NCBI GenBank assembly: GCA_937911855.1
Contig: CALDPK010000038.1
Location: forward strand, 1 to 14,120
DNA length: 14,120 nucleotides
Origin: an uncultured Trueperaceae bacterium
GTDB lineage: Bacteria; Deinococcota; Deinococci; Deinococcales; Trueperaceae
Direction of reading: 5' to 3'
The notes beneath the pieces were generated by a model. The model was not told where the DNA came from and ran no database searches. It saw only the letters and a program-made list of their open reading frames with translations. The position numbers and the translations under genes were made by a program. Positions 1-6,909 of this stretch are shown one piece after another; the first letter of the stretch is position 1; every line of letters starts with the position of its first letter.

Positions 1-1050
1 TGCCTCCCGCAGTTCCAGTTCGACCTTGGCGCCGGCTTCGACTTCCACCAGGTGGAAGTTCGCTCCCGCGGCCTTCAGCCTGATCAAGGGGGCTCCCCCG
101 GCACTCTTGAGCCCGGTGACGGTCACGTTGCTTGCGATGGTGAGCGTTGAACCCACCTCGATGACGTGCGGCCCTGACCCTGGGAACGATTGACCCCTGA
201 AAACGATTCTTTGGATCGCCGGGTCGAGGGCGGCTTCATTCAGCCTGTTGCGCAGACTGCCGGGTATGGCTTCATCATCGCTGCTGTTGGTCACCAGGCT
301 GAACGTCCCGATGAGTTCCCCGTAAATCAACTGATGCGTGACGGTGGCGCCGGCTGCGACCGTCACGACGGCCTCGGGCGGAGCCGTGAAGTAACGGTCA
401 TCCGGAGAAAGGAAATCGTGGCCGGAGATCAGGTAGTCTCCGGGGTGCAGGTCCTCGAGTTCGATTGAACCGAACACTTCTGTGCTGAACGCGTCCGGAC
501 CGGTCACCAGGACGCCAGGAGTTACTGCCGCTGGCAGGCCCGTGATGTTTATCTTCAGGTTGCCCCGGGTTGGGAGAGCTGGTGGGTCCTCGTCCTCGTT
601 GTCGTCACCATCGTCAGGATCATCATCCCCGCTGCCGTCATCCCCGTCGCCAGGGTCAGTTGCCTCGGGAGCGTACGTGACCGTGACGGTCGCATCCTTG
701 CCGGCGTGGATGGTCACGGAGGCATGGCTGAGCGTGCCAACGTACTGGCTGCCTTCATGCGTGACAGCCGAGGCTGACAGGACGTAATCGCCTGCCTTGA
801 GTTCGTGCTTGCCCGGAACCGCCAGGACGCGGCTGAAGTCAGCAGCTCCCGCTACCTGAACCGTCGCGGTGGCACCGGCAGGCAGGTTCTCCGCTTCCAG
901 TACCAGGTTTCCGGTGGTCACCGCCGCTGGTTTTCCGGTGCAGGCCGCCAACAATAGAGCGAAGAGCGAAAACACGACTAGGAGCTTTTGCAGCCTGCCC
1001 GTTTTGAAAACATTGCCGCAAATGCGGTGGTAAAAACCAGAAGTATTCAT
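1..1050 (-). CDS. Secreted lipoprotein, partial (C-terminus lies beyond the window start). It has a signal peptide with a LAAC lipobox, then two tandem Ig-like beta-sandwich repeats, an Asp/Gly-rich acidic linker and a beta-helix-like C-terminal region.
   Basis: My own translation of the minus strand from the ATG at 1048-1050 gives 350 codons with no stop in 65% GC DNA. The N-terminus is MNTSGFYHRICGNVFKTGRLQKLLVVFSLFALLLAACTGK, i.e. a positively charged n-region, a hydrophobic core and an L-A-A-C lipobox. Two repeats are similar in sequence: GNLVLEAENLPAGATATVQVAG...GDYVLSA...VTIHAGKDATVTVTY and GNLKINITGLPAAVTPGVLVTG...GDYLISG...VVTVAAGATVTHQLIYG. The linker is DPGDGDDGSGDDDPDDGDDNEDEDPP. 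The provided ORF track misses this frame because the ORF has no stop inside the window. The overlapping plus-strand ORFs 190..468 and 482..787 are low-complexity antisense artefacts. Confidence 0.7.
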   Translation of the reverse strand, partial: MNTSGFYHRICGNVFKTGRLQKLLVVFSLFALLLAACTGKPAAVTTGNLVLEAENLPAGATATVQVAGAADFSRVLAVPGKHELKAGDYVLSASAVTHEGSQYVGTLSHASVTIHAGKDATVTVTYAPEATDPGDGDDGSGDDDPDDGDDNEDEDPPALPTRGNLKINITGLPAAVTPGVLVTGPDAFSTEVFGSIELEDLHPGDYLISGHDFLSPDDRYFTAPPEAVVTVAAGATVTHQLIYGELIGTFSLVTNSSDDEAIPGSLRNRLNEAALDPAIQRIVFRGQSFPGSGPHVIEVGSTLTIASNVTVTGLKSAGGAPLIRLKAAGANFHLVEVEAGAKVELELREA

Positions 1051-1202
1051 TTTTAGTGAGTAGTGTCCTTTCAGCACTGAGAAGGACTGTACCCACCGGC
1101 CGTCAAAATGGCGTCAAAACCCGCCAGGAACGGTGCGGGCGCTGACACTGCACAGGCTCGGCCCGCGATCTGTCAGGGTGCAGGACCAGGAAAGACGCTG
1201 CG

Positions 1203-2310
1203 TCAGCTGTCGCGGTCCGGCTCTATACGTTTGCCGCGGTTCCTGAACTGTTGCCTGAATTCCTCCGCCAGTTGCTGGGCGTCGGGCTGGGCGGTGCCGT
1301 AACGTTCTATCGACACGCGCAGTGCCTTGATGTACGAGTTGCCCAGGGCGGCCGTCAGGGCGGAGGCGGTACCGGCTGCGATGACGCCACCGGCCACGGA
1401 ACCGAGTCCGGGTACGAACTTCAGCAGGGCAGAGGCCACCGTCCGGGTCGCGTAGCCGGTACCGGCGATGCCCAGCGCGCTTGACAGCACCGTCTGCAGG
1501 TACGTCTGTGAGAACGACAGCCCGAAAGTCGCGTTGATGCCGGCCAGCATGCCCAGCTGGATGGGCGCAAGGGTCCACAGGTTGGAGAGCGGCATGGGCA
1601 CCGCTGCCGCTGCGCCCGCACTGGCTGTTGCAGTACTGACCACGGCCCTGGCGCGGCGCACCTTCATGTCCAGGGAGACCTTCTGGGCTGCAGCCAGCGC
1701 GTTGCGGCTGGCCTCGGGGATGAGCTCCATCGTCGCCTCAAGCAGCTCGAGGAGTCCGAACGGCTGCAGGACGTGCCCGTCATCGAGCTCTTCGGTCAGG
1801 GCGCGGACGCGGTGCACTCCCCAGGCGTGCGGGATCAGTTCGCGGACCACGTCGCTGAAACCCTGATCAGAACGGGCCTTGGTTATGACGACCAGGACGG
1901 GCACGCCGCTGGCGTGCAGCAGCCGGGCCAGTTCGATCTCGGCTTCCTGCACGCGGCGGCCGTCCTCGCTGATGCACAGCCAGCAGGCATGGATGTGCTG
2001 GCGCTCGTCGCTGCTGCGCCGCTTCTTGATGAGCGCGTGCAGTTCCTGGATCGTCTCCTGGTAGCGGGCTGTTTCCAGGCCGCGGGTGTCGAACAGGGTG
2101 AGCGGGAAGCCGGGCCGCGAGTACTCGCGCGTACCGAGGGTGACGGGCCGGCCCTGCCCCGTCTCAGCCAGGTTCTCGCTGAACACGGCGTTGACCAGCG
2201 TGCTCTTGCCCACACCGGTAATCCCGGCCATGAGCAGGTTGAACTGGCCACGCAGTTCGTTCGCCTGCTTCACGCTGTCATTCACGAGTCTGCCTAAGTC
2301 CATGGCCATG
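1203..2310 (-). CDS. GTP-binding protein (Era/HSR1-like G domain) fused to a C-terminal DUF697-like glycine-rich hydrophobic domain.
   Basis: P-loop G1 is GITGVGKST, G3 is DTRG, and a degenerate G4 is VVITKAR. The C-terminal 150 aa are Gly/Ala/Thr-rich and hydrophobic (GMLAGINATFGLSF...GIAGTGYATRT...GLGSVAGGVIAAGTASALTAALG), which is typical of DUF697, a domain known to pair with GTPase domains. The maximal ORF reaches 2402 (MNHLIV...). However, the first ~30 codons there have AT-rich third positions, unlike the gene body, so I place the start at the ATG at 2310 (MAMDLGRL...). No SD is evident at either start. Confidence 0.75.
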
Positions 2311-2436
2311 TTGGGGCAGGATAACCAGCAGGCGGCCAGGGCGGCGTCGTCCGAAAGTAGCAGGACCGCCGCCTGCGAGTGCAATACAATCAAATGATTC
2401 ACGGCACAAGTAAACCTGTGGTCCTGAAATCACCCC

Positions 2437-2441
2437 GGAGG
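2437..2441 (+). promoter_or_regulatory. Shine-Dalgarno site (GGAGG) 7 nt upstream of the TTG start of the band-7 gene.
   Basis: The sequence ccccGGAGGtattggtTTGaaactt is seen directly. Confidence 0.6.
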
Positions 2442-2448
2442 TATTGGT

Positions 2449-3312
2449 TTGAAACTTTACAGATCCCTCGCCGTCGTCGTGGCCCTTGCCCTGCTGGCAA
2501 TCTTCATCGTGTTCGGCAGCATGTTCACAATCGATCAGGGCACCCGCGGAGTGGTGCTGCGCATGGGCGCAGTCGCCGGCATCGCCGAGCCCGGGCTGGG
2601 CTTCAAGATCCCCTTCATCGACCGCGTCGTGCCCATCAACGTGCAGACCAACTCGGTCGTCTACCCGGACATGGAAGCGTACAGCCGCGACCAGCAGCTC
2701 GCCGAGATCGACGTTTCGGTCACCTACCGCATCCTGCCCGGCGAAGTCGATGAGGTTTACGCGCAGTACGGCAGCGAAGAAGGCATGGTCACCCGGCTGA
2801 TCGACAGGCGCGTCAACGAGCTGGCCAAGACGGTGTTCGGCCAGTTCAACGCCGGCGAAGCGATCCAGGAACGCGGCCGCCTCAACCAGGATGTTTCGCA
2901 GGCCATCACATCAGCACTGACCGGACCACTCATCGTTGAGTCCGTGCAGGTTGAATCGGTAGCCTTCAGCGAAGTCTACGAACAGTCGATCGAAGCCCGC
3001 ATGCTGGCTGAAGTCGAAGTGCAGAAGCGCACGCAGGAACTCGACCAGCAGCGCGTGCAGGCGCAGATAACCGTGACGCAGGCCCAGGCTGAAGCTGACG
3101 CGCGCGTCGCCGCAGCCGAAGCCAACGCCCAGGCGGTGCGCATGGCCGGTGAAGCCGAGGCAGAAGCCATCCGCGCCAAGGGCGAGGCCCTGCGCGACAA
3201 CCCCGAGCTCGTGCGGCTCATCACCGCAGAAGCCTGGGACGGCCAGCTGCCCGTGACGATGGTTCCGGGTTCGGCCCTGCCGTTCATCGAGCTGGGTGCA
3301 GTAGCGCCTTAA
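2449..3312 (+). CDS. SPFH/band-7 family membrane protein (prohibitin/HflC-like).
   Basis: A TTG start follows a GGAGG SD. There is an N-terminal transmembrane helix LAVVVALALLAIFIVFGSMF, then an SPFH-like core (IDQGTRGVVLRMGAV...GFKIPFIDRV...), then a long Ala/Glu/Gln-rich coiled-coil tail (EVEVQKRTQELDQQRVQAQITVTQAQAEADARVAAAEANAQ), which is typical of HflK/C and prohibitins. Confidence 0.85.
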   Translation: MKLYRSLAVVVALALLAIFIVFGSMFTIDQGTRGVVLRMGAVAGIAEPGLGFKIPFIDRVVPINVQTNSVVYPDMEAYSRDQQLAEIDVSVTYRILPGEVDEVYAQYGSEEGMVTRLIDRRVNELAKTVFGQFNAGEAIQERGRLNQDVSQAITSALTGPLIVESVQVESVAFSEVYEQSIEARMLAEVEVQKRTQELDQQRVQAQITVTQAQAEADARVAAAEANAQAVRMAGEAEAEAIRAKGEALRDNPELVRLITAEAWDGQLPVTMVPGSALPFIELGAVAP

Positions 3313-3315
3313 CGC

Positions 3316-4041
3316 TCAGTCGATCTGAAGTTCTTCGGCGATGCGGGCACTTCCCAGCTGGGCGGCCCGCATCACCCATATCGACACCTCGTAGAGGATT
3401 ATCAGCGGGAGTGCGACCAGGGCCAGGTTGACCGGGTCGACGGTCGGCGTGATGGCAGCTGCCAGGACGACCGCGCCCAGGATCGAATGCCTGCGGTATT
3501 TGGCCAGGGTCTGCCACTGCAGCACGTTGAGTTTGCCCAGCAGGAACGCCAGTACCGGCATCTCGAAGATCAGGCCGAACACCGCCATGAACATGAGCAT
3601 CGTCGAGATGAAACTCTGCGTTGAGAGCAGCATCGTGGCCTCGTCGCCAAGGAAGCCCGTGATGATCGGCAGTGAGAACGGCAGCGCCACATAGCGGGCG
3701 AACAGCACGCCCAGGATGAACGCCGAGGCCGTCAGCAGGATGAACGGAATCGCCCACCTGCGTTCGCTGGGGTACAGGCCGGGGGCGACGAAGCCCCACA
3801 CCTGACCGCCGATCACGGGTGCGGCCAGAACCACGCCGAAGAACGCAGAGATGTAGATGCTCACCGTCAGCGGTTCCATCACGTGGAAGGTGTGCAGGGT
3901 CAGGCCGGCCGGCAGTGGCTCCTTGAGCCAGTCCAGCAGCCAGAAACGCATGCTGAACATGACGCTGGCCCCGACGATCCACGCGCCCAGGGCGATGAAG
4001 ATGCGCGTGCGCAGTTCAGCAAGATGCTCAAGAAGCGTCAC
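3316..4041 (-). CDS. tatC: Sec-independent (twin-arginine) protein translocase subunit TatC.
   Basis: The conserved N-terminal motif LEHLAELRTR is present, followed by six predicted transmembrane segments over about 240 aa. The start is a GTG at 4039-4041, 20 nt downstream of the tatA stop. Confidence 0.9.
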   Translation of the reverse strand: MTLLEHLAELRTRIFIALGAWIVGASVMFSMRFWLLDWLKEPLPAGLTLHTFHVMEPLTVSIYISAFFGVVLAAPVIGGQVWGFVAPGLYPSERRWAIPFILLTASAFILGVLFARYVALPFSLPIITGFLGDEATMLLSTQSFISTMLMFMAVFGLIFEMPVLAFLLGKLNVLQWQTLAKYRRHSILGAVVLAAAITPTVDPVNLALVALPLIILYEVSIWVMRAAQLGSARIAEELQID

Positions 4042-4061
4042 TGGTCAGCGGTGCATTTTGG

Positions 4062-4274
4062 TCAGGCCTGGTCTTTGTTCGAGTTCGAGGACTGGCTCGG
4101 CTGGCTGTCCGAACTCTCGAGGTCGCTCTGGACCTCCCTGACGCCCTTGCGGAACTCCTTGATTGCCTGGCCCATGCCTTTTGCCATCTCCGGCAGGCGG
4201 CGTGCGCCAAAGAGAAGCAGCACGATCACAAGTATGATCAGCAGCTCCCACATTCCGAACGGTCCGATTCTCAT
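4062..4274 (-). CDS. tatA: Twin-arginine translocase subunit TatA/E.
   Basis: The protein is MRIGPFGMWELLIILVIVLLLFGARRLPEMAKGMGQAIKEFRKG..., i.e. one transmembrane helix plus an amphipathic helix, followed by an acidic/Ser-rich tail. A GGAGG SD lies 7 nt upstream of the ATG on the minus strand (plus-strand 4282-4286). It sits directly upstream of tatC. Confidence 0.85.
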   Translation of the reverse strand: MRIGPFGMWELLIILVIVLLLFGARRLPEMAKGMGQAIKEFRKGVREVQSDLESSDSQPSQSSNSNKDQA

Positions 4275-4430
4275 TCAACTGCCTCCAGACAGGCACAGGG
4301 TGATTGGTGATTCCCGGTTGCGGTCATTCTAGCGCGTTAAGGACTCGCACAACGTACGCGCGCCAGCAGAACGTCCGGACAATGCGCGAAAGCATACCGA
4401 GTCACTCATGGGACTGTTCTACCCTGACAT

Positions 4431-5255
4431 ATGGAACGAACCGTAAAGCTTCTGAGCGGCCCCGAAATGCCCCGCATCGGCCTCGGCACCTCACCCATGG
4501 ACGACACTGTCACCGAGAACATCGTCACCGAAGCGCTGCAGGTCGGCTACCGCTCCGTTGACACGGCCGAGAACTACCGCAACGAAGCCGGGGTCGGCCG
4601 CGGCATCCGGGCCAGCGGCGTGGACCGCGAGGAGATCTTCGTCACCAGCAAGTTCAACGCCGAGTGGCACGGCGAGGACCTTGTCGCCAAGGCCGCGCAC
4701 CGCAGCCTCGAGCTGATGGGGCTGGATTACCTCGACCTGTACCTGATCCACTGGCCCAACCCTGACCAGGACCGCTTCGTTGACGCCTGGCGCGGCCTGA
4801 TCAGGCTGCGCGAGGAAGGCCTCGTGCGGGCCATCGGCGTGTCGAACTTCAAGGTCAGCCACCTGCGGCGCATCATCGACGAAACAGGCGTCACCCCCGA
4901 CGTGAACCAGATCGAGCTGAACCCGTACACCCAGCGCCCCGACCAGACGGCGTTCGGCGCCGACAACCGGATCGTGCAGACCGCCTGGTCACCGCTGGGC
5001 CGCAAGACCGAACTGCTGGACGAGCGCGTTATCACCCAGGTGGCCCGCGAAGTCGGCCGCACGCCTGCTCAGGTCGTGCTTCGCTGGCACCTGCAGAAGA
5101 ATCATGTGGCGATCCCGAAGACCAGCAATCCGCAGCGCTTGACTGAGAACTTAGACGTGTTCGGATTCGAGCTGACCGGCGAGCAGATGGCGCAGATCGA
5201 CGGGTTGGATAACGGCGGCGAAGGTGCCGCTGACTCGGACACGTTCGGCCACTGA
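4431..5255 (+). CDS. Aldo-keto reductase (2,5-diketo-D-gluconate reductase/DkgA-like).
   Basis: The N-terminus LLSGPEMPRIGLGT matches the AKR N-terminal pattern. Further AKR motifs seen are GYRSVDTAENYRNE, LDYLDLYLIHWP and AIGVSNF, and the length is 274 aa. Confidence 0.9.
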   Translation: MERTVKLLSGPEMPRIGLGTSPMDDTVTENIVTEALQVGYRSVDTAENYRNEAGVGRGIRASGVDREEIFVTSKFNAEWHGEDLVAKAAHRSLELMGLDYLDLYLIHWPNPDQDRFVDAWRGLIRLREEGLVRAIGVSNFKVSHLRRIIDETGVTPDVNQIELNPYTQRPDQTAFGADNRIVQTAWSPLGRKTELLDERVITQVAREVGRTPAQVVLRWHLQKNHVAIPKTSNPQRLTENLDVFGFELTGEQMAQIDGLDNGGEGAADSDTFGH

Positions 5256-5261
5256 GGGAAT

Positions 5262-5855
5262 TCAGAACAGGGTCGTGATGCCGTTGACGACCATCTGGAC
5301 GGCCAGCATGATCAGCACCATGCCCATCAGCCGCTCGATGGCGGTGAGGCCGCGGACCCGCAACACCCGCAGCAGCAGCGGCGACGCCATCATGACGACC
5401 GCAGTCGCGAGCCAGGCGATCAGCAGCGCCAGCAGCCATTTGCCCATCGCAGTCGGGTCGCTCTTGGCCATGATGATGACCATCGCCATGGCCGAAGGCC
5501 CGGCGATCAGCGGGATGGCGAGCGGGACTATGAACGGTTCGCCGTCCAGCTGGGCGCCCATCACGCCGTCCTTGCGCGGGAAGATCATGCGCAGGCCGAT
5601 GACGCCCAGCACGATGCCGCCGGCTATTGCAACGGATTCCTGCTGCAGGCCCATGAAGCGCAGGATGATCTCACCGAAGAACAGGAAGAAAACCAGAACG
5701 CCCAAGGCGATGAGCAGTTCGCGCATCAGCACCTTGCGGCGCCGGGACTTCTCGACGTCCTTCAGGAGGGAGATCGCCAGCGGTGCGTTACCGAAGGGAT
5801 CCATTACGAAAAACAGCAGTACTGCTGCTGACAATACGCCGGTAGTGGCATCCAC
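5262..5855 (-). CDS. MarC-family (UPF0056) integral membrane protein.
   Basis: It is 197 aa and polytopic, with LLFFVMDPFGNAPLAISLL at the same N-terminal position as the LLPLANP motif of E. coli MarC. It uses a GTG start at 5853-5855. Confidence 0.8.
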   Translation of the reverse strand: MDATTGVLSAAVLLFFVMDPFGNAPLAISLLKDVEKSRRRKVLMRELLIALGVLVFFLFFGEIILRFMGLQQESVAIAGGIVLGVIGLRMIFPRKDGVMGAQLDGEPFIVPLAIPLIAGPSAMAMVIIMAKSDPTAMGKWLLALLIAWLATAVVMMASPLLLRVLRVRGLTAIERLMGMVLIMLAVQMVVNGITTLF

Positions 5856-5927
5856 GCAGCCAGTTTAACGCCAGCAGCAGTTTCGGCTGTTCGTTACTGT
5901 TCCAGTGCGTTGCCTTTGGGGGCGGCC

Positions 5928-5965
5928 GTTCCTGACTGCGCGCCAGCTGGCACTCAGTCAGGAAC
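5928..5965. repeat. Perfect 11-bp inverted repeat (GTTCCTGACTG/CAGTCAGGAAC) around a 16-nt spacer that itself holds a 10-bp palindrome (GCCAGCTGGC). It overlaps the stop codon of the lipid-kinase gene.
   Basis: Verified by hand: 5928-5938 is the reverse complement of 5955-5965, and 5942-5951 is self-complementary. It would form a strong hairpin on the minus-strand transcript at the lipid-kinase 3' end, upstream of the MarC gene. No U-tract follows. Confidence 0.6.
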
Positions 5966-6874
5966 CTGGTACCTGGCTGAGGCTATGAACTTCAGTGCGG
6001 CCGGCACCATCTTCAGTTTGACTGGGGTCTCACCGACCACGTCACCGTCGATGTGCACGAGCATGGGTGGCCTGGCTTCGATCTCGAGTTCGCGGATGTC
6101 CTCCAGCTCAGGTTTCCCGCCCGGCCCGGCCACGATTCGCAGCACCTGCCCTACGACGCCAAGCAGCCCCGGAGAACTCATCACCGACAGTTCGGCATAA
6201 CCGTCGTGCGGATGGGCGTCGGGTCCCACCTTCGCGCCCAGGAGCTCAAGCCGGGTGGCGTTGAACACGCTGATGGTGTGGGCCTGCACCAGGCGTTCCT
6301 GCCCGTCCACGACCAGCCGTACCGAGTGGTTGCGCCGGTTCCGCATGTTGGTGAACGTGGCGTTCACGTAAGCCATGAAACCCAGGCGGGACTTCTCTTC
6401 CGAGTCGGCGTCCCGGTTGATCTCCGCGTCGAGTCCCGCACCGAGGAACAGCAGGCTGGTGGCGTCGTGCGAGTGGACGTCAAGTGCGTCAAGGTCCACG
6501 AGTTTACCCGTCGACAGGGTCTTCACTGCAGCCAGTGGGTCCATCGGCAGCCCCAGCACCCGTGCCAGGCCGTTGCCGGTGCCCAGCGGGATGATGCCCA
6601 CGGCCGGCCGTTTCTCCTGCTTTGACTTCAGGATGCCGTGAGCCACGCCCGTAACGGAACCGTCGCCACCCGCGGCGATCACCACATCGAAGCCTTCCTC
6701 GGCCGCTTCGGAAGCCCAGGTCCACGCGTCATCGGGCCCGCTGGTCTTGCGCAGATCCAGCTCGGCCGGGCCAGATGAGCTGATGGCTCTGCTTATGCGC
6801 TCAGCGTACTCCTGGCCGCGTTCAGTGCCGCTATTGGGATTCAGGATCACCCTGATCCGCCTGCCTGTGAACAT
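5954..6874 (-). CDS. Diacylglycerol-kinase catalytic-domain lipid kinase (YegS/BmrU-like).
   Basis: N-terminus RIRVILNPNSGT, an AAGGDGS nucleotide-binding motif, and GIIPLGTGNGLAR; 306 aa. Confidence 0.85.
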   Translation of the reverse strand: MFTGRRIRVILNPNSGTERGQEYAERISRAISSSGPAELDLRKTSGPDDAWTWASEAAEEGFDVVIAAGGDGSVTGVAHGILKSKQEKRPAVGIIPLGTGNGLARVLGLPMDPLAAVKTLSTGKLVDLDALDVHSHDATSLLFLGAGLDAEINRDADSEEKSRLGFMAYVNATFTNMRNRRNHSVRLVVDGQERLVQAHTISVFNATRLELLGAKVGPDAHPHDGYAELSVMSSPGLLGVVGQVLRIVAGPGGKPELEDIRELEIEARPPMLVHIDGDVVGETPVKLKMVPAALKFIASARYQVPD

Positions 6875-6909
6875 GGCGCATGATACCGCGCCCGCTCACG
6901 TGCAAACCG

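Noticed and set aside
190-787. Two plus-strand ORFs (190..468 and 482..787)
   Set aside because: They are antisense to the 350-codon open frame of the lipoprotein, which has a signal peptide and lipobox. The second contains a poly-Ser/Pro low-complexity run that mirrors the acidic linker on the true strand.
839-1096. 85-aa minus-strand ORF offered by the track in this region
   Set aside because: It is in a different frame from the 1050-start lipoprotein ORF. It stops after 85 aa, whereas the adjacent frame stays open for 350 codons with a canonical signal peptide.
1883-2297. ORFs internal to the GTPase gene on either strand (1883..2251 minus, 1773..2297 plus)
   Set aside because: They are alternative frames of, or antisense to, the GTPase coding sequence. 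The GTPase frame carries the P-loop and DxxG motifs.
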